Assembly (NCBI RefSeq): GCF_006345805.1
Contig: NC_043002.1
Location: 39,060,001-39,124,000 of the forward strand
Source: Octopus sinensis
Lineage: Eukaryota
Reading direction: 5' to 3'
DNA length: 64,000 nt
Part shown: positions 50,846 through 64,000 of the stretch, in pieces
How the letters are laid out: each line of letters begins with the position of its first letter
Numbering within the stretch: the stretch's first letter is position 1
Notes under the pieces: generated by a model
The model's input: the letters and a program-made list of their open reading frames with translations, nothing else
The model's database searches: none
What the model was told of the DNA's origin: nothing
Translations under genes and position numbers: made by a program

Positions 50846-51634
50846 ATGATGTGGATTAAAAGATATCTTTAGTATATGAATATAAACAAATTACTCTTCC
50901 CAGCAGGTTTTCACAATATGGTAAACACCATTGTTATGTTTTCATTACTCTCTGTAACGTCCTTTCTTTTTTTTATTTCAGATTCTTCAGTTTTTGGGTG
51001 AACCCGTATCATCGTGATTTCAAACTTTGAGAAATACTCTTAGTTCATCTTCAATGTGTCTTACTGACCCGAGGATTGTAGAAATTATTCAGCTCACCAA
51101 TGTGTACGATGACAGTGTTTGCCGCAGCAAATTTAAGAAAGGTTATCGAAGTGAATAAGAATTATTTAAATATATATTAAAATATTATTGTTTATGATAA
51201 TATTATAATGAATGATCTCTTTAATCCTGGGGTCATTAAGACTTGCTGAATATGAACTATTTTTCTCCAAGTTCGAAATCACGGTGATACGGGTATGTCT
51301 GGCTTCTTCATTTTTCGAGTATTTTCGTCATTGATACGGGGTTTTAGGATTTTATCCATTTGCCCGCTTTCACCTTTGTGTTTATGTGAAAATTTGTGGT
51401 TTGGTCATTTTGACTGCTATATTTAGCATGCCGATACTACTTGTCAGTACCCTTGATTATTAATATATGTGTGTGTGTGTGCTATATATATATATGTATG
51501 AATGTGTGTATATATGTATTATTTATATGCATGTGTATATGTATGTGTGTGTATATATAGACAGACAGACAGACAGGCAGGAAGGCAGGAAGGCAGGCAG
51601 GCAGGCAGACAGATAGACAGGCAGGCAGGCAGGC

Positions 51635-51674
<40 letters not shown>

Positions 51675-51705
51675 GACAGACAGACAGACAGATAGATAGA
51701 TAGAC

Positions 51706-51792
<87 letters not shown>

Positions 51793-51883
51793 GTGAAATG
51801 TCACAATAAAGACTCCTAATGAAACAATATGGGATGTTTACGCATGCTAAACTACTGATATTATCATACACAACAATATCCTC

Positions 51884-51923
<40 letters not shown>

Positions 51924-52755
51924 TGTGTGTAGGTATGTATGTATGTATGTATGTATATGTGTTTGCGTGTATATATATATGTATATGTATGCATAGATGC
52001 CGGCAGAGGTCAGAAATGTAAGCTAAGTGTGCTCAGCATTACTGCTAAGAAAATGGAGAACTTAATACAATTGCGGAGAAAGAATTATAGTGGGCGTAGT
52101 GTATTATGCGTATATATAATGTTGTATCTGTACATATATATATATATGTTTATATGAATGAAGAAATTAGACTTGTAAACTACTTCATGCATATAAGCGA
52201 CTGTGAAAGAACCCTTCACTCATACAATCAAACACAATTATACATTCTTCATTTTATCTATTCTTGTATTCCTGTATAGGTATCAGGCTCCGGGATGTGG
52301 CCAAGTTAGGCAACATTATATATATATATGTAGATATGAAGATAAGTACATGTGTGTTTATGTCTGTCTGTGTGCAAACACATATATAAACGCAAACGTA
52401 CCTATATATATGTGTGTGTGTATCTGTATCTACAAACATACACACCAACTCACATGCACCGTACATAAACGCATATGCATATTTACACTCATGTATATCC
52501 ACACGGCATAGCTACAGCGCCATTGTCTGGACATTTTTACCTGGAACCATAGTAAACCAGAGATGAGAATACAATGCAATTAACTGTGTATACAAGAATA
52601 CAGCACTCTTTGACTTCCCAGGAAGTCTCTTGCAATGAACACCGTTAAATTTCTTGCGGCTATATATTATATATAGATACTTACTGATGTCTTCTCATTT
52701 GATGGAGAGAAATGCAAGTATACATATGAAGTGTGTAAGTAAGAGGAAATAAGTG

Positions 52756-52792
<37 letters not shown>

Positions 52793-52897
52793 AGAAGAAG
52801 AAGAAATAGATAATTGAGATAGATAGACAAACATATAGATAGCCTGGCAGACAAACACAGACAGACAGACAGACAGGTAGATAGATAGACAGACAGG

Positions 52898-52970
<73 letters not shown>

Positions 52971-52972
<2 letters not shown>

Positions 52973-54258
52973 CTTTCTTTTATTAGCCACACAGGGCTGA
53001 ATACAGAGGGGACAAATACAAATGCAGAGCTTTTCTTTTCGAGGGTGGAATAAAAAGAAAAAAAAATGTAAGATTGCGATCAAAAGGGCTCGAGAGGAGG
53101 AAAAAAAAAGGAAAAAAAGGAAATCGTGTATCACAGAAATAATGATGTAAACATTGATATAACAAGATTGGGTTCATCCGTGGGAAGAAAAGCCTACAGA
53201 AAAGACCACGGGAACCCCAGTCAGGGAGGAATAACCACATGAGATCAAAAATGCTCTCTTTCTTTCTTTTTTACGATCTACAGGATCATGCTCAAAATGG
53301 TTTCGTTACTAGCACGCAACCATCTTTGCAACATTCACCCATCTTTTTTTTAATCTTTCGCGAGACAAAACTTCCCTCTCATTCTCACCTTCCTTTTCAA
53401 GTGGTACTTGAAAAAGTTGATGAGCGATTGGCCAGAGAGGTAAGTGTTTGTCTCTAATCCTTTCGCTCGAGTCCACCACACACATTCTTTCACCATGGCC
53501 ACCAGTACGATGAAAACTGCCTTGCCTTCCCGGTTGAGGGAAGGGGGCGGAGCAATTCTCACGATAGACTCGGCCGATAGGCGGATTCGTCCACACGTGA
53601 CAGCAGCCGTTCAGCATAAGCCCACAGGTCGGAAATGGTTGGACATTGCACGAGTGCGTGCAGAACGGTTTCGTTGCTCTGACCGCATCTCGGGCAAGTC
53701 GGTCCTGTGTGTCTGGAACCGTGTCTGTAGAGCTTATCCCGAACAGGTAATGCTTCTCGATAGCACTGCCAGGCCAGGGATCTTTGGTGATTGTTCATAG
53801 GTCCCGGCCCGAAAGTTGTCCTGAACAGGCGGGTCAGGTGTTCCTCGTCGACGCCCAGACTCTGCCCGAGTTCGTCGTCGCACCTCCCCTCCACTAATCC
53901 TCTATAGAATGCCTTTGTTGTGATGGAGTCGCACAAGTTCGATCCCGGACGGCAGAGTTGCTTGAGAGCAACGCGACACTCGCGGTGCCATTCGCCTAGT
54001 CTCGGTCTCTGCTTGATCCATGACTGTAGTTCGTCCAAGAGACGAGCTGCGGGAAAGCGCGCCGCACAAAAGGCGACCACCCCTGTTCACCGTTGTCTAT
54101 GAAGCGCGGAGATGTCGCAGTCTCAGCGCATGTCTGCGCATCATCAACCACGGCATGCCCAGCCCTCTATTTAGCGGGGTTGGCAGCAAATGGATCGCCT
54201 AACCATCGGAACGTTTCCCTTCCACAAGAAGCGGAAGAGTATGCGTTCCAGTTTGGTG
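52971..54258 (-). mobile_element. 5'-truncated L1/Tx1-clade LINE (ORF2 C-terminus with zf-RVT region, plus 3' UTR)
   Basis: [20 protein letters not shown] and LAWQCYREALPVRDKL..CPRCGQSNETVLHALVQCP. The segment is GC-rich with few frameshifts. Confidence 0.9.
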
Positions 54259-54320
<62 letters not shown>

Positions 54321-54366
54321 GTAGGTAGGTAGGTAGGTAGGTATAGTAGGTAGGTAGGTAGGTAGG

Positions 54367-54462
<96 letters not shown>

Positions 54463-54589
54463 AAAGACTGACAGACAGACACAGACTTACAAATAGACAG
54501 GCAGAAAGACAGACATAAAAAAAAACAGACAGAAAGAAGGAAGGATGGATGGATGGATGGATAACACAAACAGCTAACTAGCTAGCTAG

Positions 54590-54657
<68 letters not shown>

Positions 54658-54879
54658 TGACAGACGGATAGATAGACAGATACATACATACACACATACA
54701 TACATACATACATACATACATACATACATACATACATACATACATACATACATACATACATACATGCATACATACATACATACAATGTCTTTTATCGAAA
54801 TGTTTTTCTTCCCAAAATTGTATTTGATCTGCATTGAATTGAACCGTTAGGACGGTGAGTTTCCTAAATCTATAGTCAT

Positions 54880-55480
54880 GACTTCGGGATCAACACAGTC
54901 TCATCTTCATAATGAAGGGACGGCGGTATTTGTGCTTTCCTCTTTATAACATGCACGGATAATATATAGGTATAGGCATTACATCAAATTTTGAAGTTTT
55001 AACCGTCAGGTTTATACCTTATCAAGCAGATGTGAAGTGGTTATGTTGTGTGTGTGTTTATTTTAATACTGTGCCGTTTCATAAATACTTTTTCCGTTGC
55101 TAATCAGTTCCTTGCAGGAGAAATTCTGTTGAATATAGATGTGTTATCCATCAGTGTTTTTTGTTTTTTCGAGTTTTGTGCTGTATAATACATTGGTGTT
55201 GTTCCTTCACGTTCGTATGTGATGATACGGCGGGAAACTGCCACGTTTTGATTATATATTTGAAATAGTAACGTTTATAATTTTCCAGTTTGCAATTGAA
55301 TTCATAAATCACATTCGTCAACAGTGGCTTGTTCGAGGGTTAATGCGGTTTAGGTTTGTTGATACAAAAAGGTTTGTAATTTCAGTTTTTTTTTTGTGAT
55401 ATATCATTAATATTAGTTCATGGTTTAGTAGACTTATACAGTCTGTATTCTACTTTCAGAGATTTTCATATGGTCATCTG
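54880..55480 (-). mobile_element. Penelope-like GIY-YIG remnant, third lineage
   Basis: NVIYEFNCK motif and a LATEKVFMKRH-type C-terminus. Confidence 0.55.
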
Positions 55481-55484
55481 TTTT

Positions 55485-55810
55485 TATGGATAGGCATCCA
55501 TCGGCCTCGAGAGACCATGGATTGCGTCCGAAGGAATTGTGTCAGCTGCTAGTGGTGGTGCAGCATCTGTTGTGTCTACAGAGGCCCACACGTGAGTGGC
55601 AGTCATGCATACAGCGACTGCATTTGAAGAAGCCCTCTACCAACAATACAGGCTTTTCCTTTCGTCGAGTGCGTTTTTTCTTTGGTGGCAAGTTCCTGCT
55701 TCTCTTTCCTTCGCTTCATCCCCTTTCCAAGTATTTATCTCCAGCGTGGGTGATCTTTTTCGACCTCCCCCCTCATTCTCAGGACGTCCAGATCAAGCGA
55801 CTTGATCTAT
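55485..55810 (-). mobile_element. RTE-clade LINE 3' end
   Basis: FKCSRCMHDCHSRVGLCRHNRCC C-terminal zinc-finger-like motif, followed by a short 3' UTR. Confidence 0.75.
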
Positions 55811-56434
55811 TTTTATAGTTAACAGTCATTTGATTCAAGTAGTACATTTTTGTAGTTCTGGGTATATTATTGCTTTGTATTTGTGACTATATTGTTCTAT
55901 TGTTATATTATCAATTAGTTTGTTAGCCGTTGTTAATCATTTACTGCTTTCTTTATGAAGGAGAATGTAAATGCTTTTCGAAGTAGATATTTCCACGCGG
56001 ACATAAAACTTTATCGTCAAAAGTTTTATTTCGGCTGTAATGTCTACACCAACCACATTGACTTTGTCTGCTATAGAAGACAGCAATACTTTATTTTGAA
56101 GATATGACTATGAAAGTCAAGGCTCGTTGAGGATAAATTCACAATCTTTACTATTTTAAATTCCACACAAACTGCTCAGAGCTCATACCAAAATATTAAA
56201 ACACATCGTGTTTTATGTACAGGACTTCTTTTTAAAAAAAGGCTATTCTCACACATATAGATCAACTAGCAGTGCTTCGCCCTTCGTAAGGTTCTGAGTT
56301 CAAATTCCGCCGAGGTCGACTCTGCCTCGCATCCTTTCGGAGTCGATAAATTAAGTACCAGTGAAACACCGAGTCGATGTGATCGACTAATCCCTTTCCC
56401 TATAACTTCAGACCTTGTGCCTATAGTAGAAAGG

Positions 56435-56466
<32 letters not shown>

Positions 56467-58984
56467 GAGATGATTGGGCGCAGCTATTTGGATGATAGCG
56501 ATTTGGCTGACTGGATAGTCACTTTTTTAGCAACAGTACGTTTTGACACACGAGGCAAATGTACACACACACTCAAAAGCACGGGCGCGCAGAAACTTAC
56601 ACATACATACTGAGAGTGTAAGACAATGGAGAGAGACAGTACAATTTATAAATTAAAAATGACTGAAATAAACAAATTCCCTCTCTTCATTCCTATAATC
56701 AGGGAGAGATAGGATAGAGAACAATTGGAACTTTAAAACGTTCGATGTCAAATAAGTCGGCGTCGAATCAGTAACGCCAAAGAGGTGAGCCCAGACCGTT
56801 GTGCCGAAACATCTCATACCCGAACTGATGAGAAATTTGCGGAACTATATCTCTATTATACTTTTATCGAAGCAATTACTAGAACACTTATTTATATATC
56901 TATTACAGTATTAATTATGATACGCAGTTATTCGCGAACATGGTTAAGTAAAAAAAGTTACATCTAGAATCCATTAGTGAAACTGAAATTTTGTCCAACT
57001 ATCGAGAAACCTGTAGTAAGTATATATATACTGTGTAGACATGCATCATACATATATGTATCTCATACATATCTAACACATAACAATAGCAAACATGCAG
57101 ACATACGTATGTAGATGCATGCATAAGTAGTCATACATACATACATACATACATACATACATACATACATACATACATACATACATACATACATACATAC
57201 ATACATACTTACATCCTACATACATACATGTATACTAAGTTGAACTTATCAAAATTCTGATGAAAAGTCTTAACTCTGGAATGGAAACCGTATCTTCTAT
57301 CGGTGATAATCTTTTTAAAATAACGTTAGTACTAAAAAAACTACGGTTTTCAGAAGAAAGAAAGAAATCAACCAGCAAATACGCACATTACAACTGTAAT
57401 CTGTTGGCGGAACAGTAAAAGTATGCATGAGGTTTCTCAAGTTCAAAATGTGACATTGTTTTTGTTATCTACATTCCAGCTCCTTCGTTACAGGAAGACT
57501 TCAAGTAATCAAAAACAGAAGAGAGCATAAATACGCTTACAAAAATATAATGGATCGTCTGTTCAGAATGAAGTTATCTTTCCTTATCATTAAAGTATAT
57601 AGCTTAAGATACCCGTTTAAGCAGTTTCTCGCTCAACCAGCGACTTTTAACCATTGACACACGTCCCCACTGCCCCAGGAATACCTGTTTTAAATTGTGA
57701 GGAATAGTAAACAACATAAAAACGACAGCTATATTTATATTAGCTTAGATAAGGAACGAGATGCATGCGAAAACTTGGTACATGACACATTGTCACTCAA
57801 CATTTCATATATTTAGGCGCTATTTACGCATGTAGATGATTGTTTTTTGCAACTTTGATAAGGGCGGAGAAAGTTTCATCAAAGCTATGTAATATTCTAT
57901 AAAGAACACGATTTCTTTGAGTGTGGCCTTGCATTATACTTAAAGAATTGTTTGGAACAAGCGGGTAGGTTATTCTGGATTAGTTTAATAAATATTGTGA
58001 GTATGAAAGCACTAATTCAGACTATACTCATATCAAGAAAAAAAATCTGTCTTTAATTAGAAGGCGCCGGCAGAGTTGTAAAAACGGTAGAGTAACTGAT
58101 TAGTTTGTTTCATAATATTCTGAATTCAAACTCCATTGGATTTTATCTGAGGTGGGTCAAATCAGTAATTAAACAAGAACTGGTTCATTTCAATCATTGT
58201 TATATGACTGCTTGTAAATACATCTTTAGTCTCTAGTTTATCCCGTGCTTTGGGACACAGCGGTCCATCCACACCTGCTGTGCCTGTTTAGAATTGCAAA
58301 GGTTTTCTTTGTTTCTCTTAAGTCTGTTTCTCAAGAAAGCTAGCTTTTCTTGGAACTTGCTGGCCCCTAGTTCAAGCCCATCTCGAATCGTAGGATAGCG
58401 ATTCTTGTTATTTAAAATCATTATAACCAGACAAAATTCGACCGATTCTGAGGGAAGGAAAGTAACTGACACTCTGTACTTGACAGGTGCTTGATTTTAT
58501 TGACCTCACGAGGATGAACGGAAACGCTAATACTTGCAAAATTTCAACGTAGAATGCATAGAACTGGAACAAATACTCCAAGGCACTAGTTTGACCCTTT
58601 AAAAATGTTGCACTCGATCCCCTCACATGTGCCCGTACACGCTTGTGCTTGCTTTCTGTATGTGTGAAATAAATAGACAAACAGACAGACAGATAATTAG
58701 GCAGACAGACGGACAACAGACGGAGATCGGACGGATTTCTTTTATATTTTATACTTTACTTTTTACTTTTTCCGGTCATTAGACTGCGCTCATGCTAAGA
58801 TAACATCTTGAAGAGTTTAACTCCTGAGCTTAATTAGATTTTAAGTCTGGTGCTCATTCTATCGATTTCTTGCCGTTCTGCAAAGTTCCAGTGACGCAAA
58901 CAAACCAACACCGGTTGTCAAGCTGTTGGTGAGGACAAACTCATACGCAAAGATACGTTTATAGGTATATGTATGTTGCATATT

Positions 58985-59021
<37 letters not shown>

Positions 59022-59189
59022 GCGCTCACACACACGCACACGACGGGCTTCCACGCAGTTTCCGTCTTCCAAACTAAGATAGTTTAGTTGTCCCGGACCT
59101 ATAACTAAAGACATTTGTCGAAGGTGCCACTCAATGGGACTGATCCCAAAATCCCGTGGTTGCAAAACGATCTTCATAACCATACAACC

Positions 59190-59430
59190 ATACCCATCCC
59201 GATTTTTGAGAGGTTCGCAGGTATAGAAGCTTCGAGCACTTTTTCCATAGCACCCTATCTGAAGTAACCCTCATTAGACGTTCCGGTTGGAATCTCAGAA
59301 GGGACCAACTAAAACTCTGGACGTAATTCAACCATTTCGTTATTGTTCTACGCCTAGGTCTCCAGCCATTTTGTCTCGGCTTGAAAAATCCGTCTAGCGC
59401 TTCTTTCCTGCGATATTCTAATCACATGTC
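59190..59430 (-). mobile_element. RTE-clade LINE 3' fragment
   Basis: HVIRISQERSARRIF..WLNYVQSFSWSLL..PERLMRVTSDRVLW. Confidence 0.7.
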
Positions 59431-59907
59431 AATAATACCGGAGTTGTAGGCTCTTAATGCGGAGAAATAGCAGTTCGATACTTTATCAAGTTGATAACCC
59501 TAAATATGGTTCGGTTCTTCTCCTCATACATTCAATTATATTTCTCCTTTTCCATCCTCTGCTATGTCACATTTTCTCATTTTATATCTATTAATGCTTC
59601 CAACAACTACACTTAGTTCGTTATTGCTGTTTTGCTGATGCTTAACTTTGTTTTTACGTGTTAATATTTATATTAAAACCACTGTAATTCACTTACTCTT
59701 ACGTTGGAGAAGCTAAATTTATATATTGAAACAACTGCACTGTTGTCAGGTTAATGTGTTGTTGCTATCGTTAAGAGGTATTGACGTAACATATGTATAT
59801 GGTGTATTTACTGAGCTGTAGTCTCTACGAATTTAACTCGAGATTTACGAAGTAGATAGATAGATAGATAGATAGATAGGTAGGTAGGTAGGTAGGTAGG
59901 TAGATAC

Positions 59908-59959
<52 letters not shown>

Positions 59960-59994
59960 CCAGCCAGCCAGACAGACAGACAGACAGACAGACA

Positions 59995-60028
<34 letters not shown>

Positions 60029-60032
60029 CAAG

Positions 60033-60063
<31 letters not shown>

Positions 60064-60203
60064 ATAGATAGATAGATAGATAGATAGGTAGGTAGGTAGG
60101 TAGGTAGGTAGATAGATAGATAGATGGCTGGATAGATAGATAGATGGATAGATAGACATGCATTCATACACACACGCACACACACACATGCGCGCGCACA
60201 CAA

Positions 60204-60245
<42 letters not shown>

Positions 60246-60404
60246 AACGCATGCATATATATATGTGATTGTGTGTGGTTTTACATGTTTACCTGTGCAG
60301 ATAAATGCATAGCCAAAGACTCATACATCAGAGCGCGTAATCCCACACGCCCATGCATACACACTCACTCACTCACTCACACACACCACATACACACACA
60401 AACA

Positions 60405-60436
<32 letters not shown>

Positions 60437-60619
60437 TTGCTATACAAATTAACGTTGGTATGGAACAGCTGTTCATTAATGTATGTCTGGTTGTAAACAC
60501 AACTGTGAATTCTATTAATCATTTCCGACCTACAAATTCCGAAACTACAAACTATAAATTATGGTTGTGTACGTTCGCTTCTGTTACTCTGCCTGTATGC
60601 TACCCCACACCATTCCTCA

Positions 60620-60620
60620 T

Positions 60621-60697
<77 letters not shown>

Positions 60698-60705
60698 CTC
60701 TCTCT

Positions 60706-60750
<45 letters not shown>
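60620..60750. repeat. Long (CT)n polypyrimidine tract
   Basis: Read directly from the sequence. Confidence 0.95.
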
Positions 60751-60752
<2 letters not shown>

Positions 60753-61565
60753 CATATATATATCTGTCTGTCTGTCTTTTTCTCCCTCTTTCAATTTATC
60801 TATGTTCCTTCTTTGCTTTCACCGTATGTTTGAACGAGGGTACACTAGAGAAGGGACTTAACTGTACCTTTGAACATCTGTGTGTGTATGTGTGTATGTG
60901 TGTATGTGTCTGTGTGTGTATGTGTGTGTGTGTCTGTGTGTGTGTGTTTGTGAATGGGAGAAAGAGAGAGAGAGAGAGAGAGAGAGTATTAAGCGGGGAT
61001 TTTAATGTACATGTGAACGTCTGTGAGCGTGGGCTCCGCACTACATATTCACACACCTGGCAGACGGACACACACACACACACAGATAGACTGATAGATA
61101 GATCAGCAAGTATCTATTTACATTAATATAATGTCTGTGACTGCATAAGCAACTATTATCTATCTGTGTATGTATCAGCGTGTGTGCGAGCGCGCGCGCG
61201 TATGAGAATTTGTGTGTGCTTGTGTGAGGAGAGGAGAGGAGAAGAGAGAGAGTGATGGAGAGAGAAAGAGAGAGAGAGAGAGAGCTCACACTTCCAAAAG
61301 GAATTCAATGCATTGTAAATGTAGAATATATAATTGAATTTCCGACCTTTCAGCTAGCCGATACACACACACACACACACCACACAGACGCATACAGACG
61401 CACACATACGCACACAGACACATGCATACGCACACAGACACACACACGCACGCTTAGGAGCACGCAAGCATCCGTTTAGGCGTATATAATGCCAGCATGT
61501 ATGCATATATGTGCATGTGCGTATGTGAATGCGTATATATATATACAAATGTGCGTGTGTATATA

Positions 61566-61607
<42 letters not shown>

Positions 61608-62770
61608 TGTGTGCGTGTGTATACATGCTGAAGTTGACCAATGCGGTTACGATTGCGCCGCCTCACTAGTCTGACTTCCATTACAACTGAATACAGAATA
61701 AAACAGAGAATAAGTGAACGATAAAATGCATCCATCTTGCTTTATTCTAAAATCCAAAAGATGTGTGAATCAGCAGCAGAGCTAGTTCAAAATATCCGGT
61801 CCTGATAATAGATACAAGAAATGCCGGAAAAAGAGCCAGACAGCCATAGAATTTCTTGACCCGGATTTTTCATTCGTTGTCGTTGTTGTTGTTGTTGTCG
61901 TCGATGATGATGATGATGATGATGGTAGTTGTGGTGGTGGTGGTGCTGGTGGTGCTGGTGGTGCTGGTGGTGCTGGTGGTGGTGGTGGTGGCGGCGGTGA
62001 CGTAGTTCTTGTTTATACTTCAATATGTCCTAGCACCTACACAGCTAGTAACTTAATTATTTCTTTATTAATTGCATTACTTTAGACTGCTTCAGATCCA
62101 TCCTTTTATGCTATGCCATTACCACCTATTCACGTGACCATCATCATCACCATCATCGTCACCATCATCACCACTTTCACCATCATTCATTGCAACCGTC
62201 ACCTCCACCACCTTGATTAAGTTAGCTTCTGGCTATCAAACGTTTCACTGTATAAGTTTTACCAATCATGCAGACATTGGAACAATTTAACCCATTAAAG
62301 ACCATGATTTAACTACAGATTTTTACATTTTCTTGGTTCCTAAGAAATCTTTGATTATATCTATTCTATACATGCTTAATTTTAATTGTGTACTTAAAGA
62401 ATACTGTAAATATGAAATAAATAACAGAAAAAAACACAAAAGTCTTGTTATATTTTTATCACATGGTCACGTGATCGACAAGATTGTTACACATCGCTGG
62501 TCACAATGCACTTTGCATCGTTTTAACCTTCGAATAACGCCACCCTGCAAGATAGACTGGCAGACCCAAATCCTCCTCTGATCAAAAGGCAGACTGAAAT
62601 GAAGTGTTTTGCTCAAGAACACAACGCCTCACTCTGGTCTGGAAATCGAACCCACGATCTAGAGATCATGAGTGCAACAGTGCTGTATGAACATTTGGCT
62701 GCTAAAATCTTGTTTAACACGTTTATATGCGCGCGTACGCACACACACACGCGCGCGCGCACGCACACAC

Positions 62771-62815
<45 letters not shown>

Positions 62816-62902
62816 AAGTTTTAATCGGCAAAAAAGAGACAATGAGTCGCAGACGACTCGGCCTTATCAAAAAAAATAACTATAAAATTATATAGGAGAA
62901 CG

Positions 62903-62943
62903 TAGTAGTAGTAGTAGTGGTGGTGGTGGTGGTGGTGGTGGTG

Positions 62944-62978
<35 letters not shown>

Positions 62979-63024
62979 TGTAGTAGTAGTGGTGGTGGTG
63001 GTGGTGGTGGTGGTAGTGGTCGTG

Positions 63025-63065
<41 letters not shown>

Positions 63066-63168
63066 TGTAGTAGTAGTAGTGGTGGTGGTGGTGGTGGTGG
63101 TGGTGGTGGTGGAGGTGATGGTTGTGGTGGTGGTGGTTTTGGTAGTTTTGGTGGTGGTGGTGGTGGTT
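62903..63168. repeat. (GTA)n/(GTG)n trinucleotide composite; a related (GTT/GAT/GGT)n tract lies at 61875-62000
   Basis: Read directly from the sequence. It generates the poly-Val and poly-Pro pseudo-ORFs. Confidence 0.95.
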
Positions 63169-63455
63169 CGCCGGTCATCCGATGACTTCGTGGAAAGTAA
63201 AAGGGTAATATCCTGATTCTTGTCATAAATATACGGAGAAAAGTGGAGGCAGACGAAATTTGCTATTCTGTTCTTCTTCTATTAAAGAATATTTATTTAT
63301 TCTACCACACCCAGCCTGCTCCGCTGATTCCGGTGCAGCCAGTTTTTCGTAGCTCGCCACATTTGCAGCTCAGCAACTTATGAAATGTTTATAATAACAA
63401 CAGATAACAAAAAGAGGATGGGCATGTCAGTTTATTTTAAACCGAAAACTTATAA

Positions 63456-63506
<51 letters not shown>

Positions 63507-63760
63507 GGAGAATTCACAAAAAAAACAAAAGACGAAGACAGGTGGTGTAGAAAACAAACAGATGTATTAGTATAACGCCCAGGAATTTTTTAAAAAGTCG
63601 TTAATATTTCGAGCCTACGCTCTTCCACAGAAAGGAACACAGAAAGAGACAAGGAGAGAACAGGAAAGAAAAAAATGTGTGTAGTGGCTACCGATCTATC
63701 AAGGCGAATGCCGGACAGAAGGGTTCACACACACACACATATATGTATAATATATATATA

Positions 63761-63815
<55 letters not shown>

Positions 63816-64000
63816 TATATAAAGAAGCCACCATCGCATGACAACTGATGTTGGTGTGTTTACATCCCCGTACTTAGCTGTTCGGAAAAAAAACGATAAA
63901 ATAAGCACTAGGCTTACAAAGAATAAGTCCTGGGGTGGATTCATTCAAGTAAAGGCAGTGCTGCAGCATGGTCGCAGTCAAATGACTGAAACAAGTAACA

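Noticed and set aside
56820-56860. CTGATGAG..GGAAC hammerhead-like string
   Set aside because: GAAA is replaced by GGAA and no stem I or II forms. It looks more like the TIR of the 18749 MITE.
58275-58421. 49-codon minus-strand frame ending at CAG|GTGTGG in phase 0, as a possible first exon
   Set aside because: The donor is weak, there is no PDZ similarity, and it sits among SINE remnants.

Overview
AT-rich eukaryotic genomic DNA dense in microsatellites and SINEs. The repeat families resemble those of a coleoid cephalopod, probably Octopus (inferred from repeat style, not tested). One protein-coding gene is supported, on the minus strand. A 152-nt exon (11129-11280) encodes the second half of a PDLIM/SYNPO2/Shroom-type N-terminal PDZ domain. 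It splices in phase (AG|G) to a 1106-nt Pro/Gln/Ser-rich exon (5520-6625). The exon carrying the first half of the PDZ was not found with confidence, and several small 3' exons are only candidates. The rest is mobile DNA: at least four tRNA-derived SINE families (with multimers, a tandem array and fold-back pairs), mariner/Tc1 relics and MITEs, RTE and Tx1/L1-clade LINE fragments, and Penelope-like remnants. The best unexplained signals are: (1) an apparently intact extended type I hammerhead ribozyme at 45100-45163; (2) Penelope-type minimal hammerhead motifs; (3) a young Tx1-like LINE fragment lying inside an (ATCT)n tract whose 3' end is shared with a SINE; (4) a SINE array with a repeated linker; (5) a phase-compatible PDZ-like candidate exon with an in-frame TGA. 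Almost all listed ORFs are microsatellite artefacts. Everything was read by eye, so repeat boundaries and identities are approximate.
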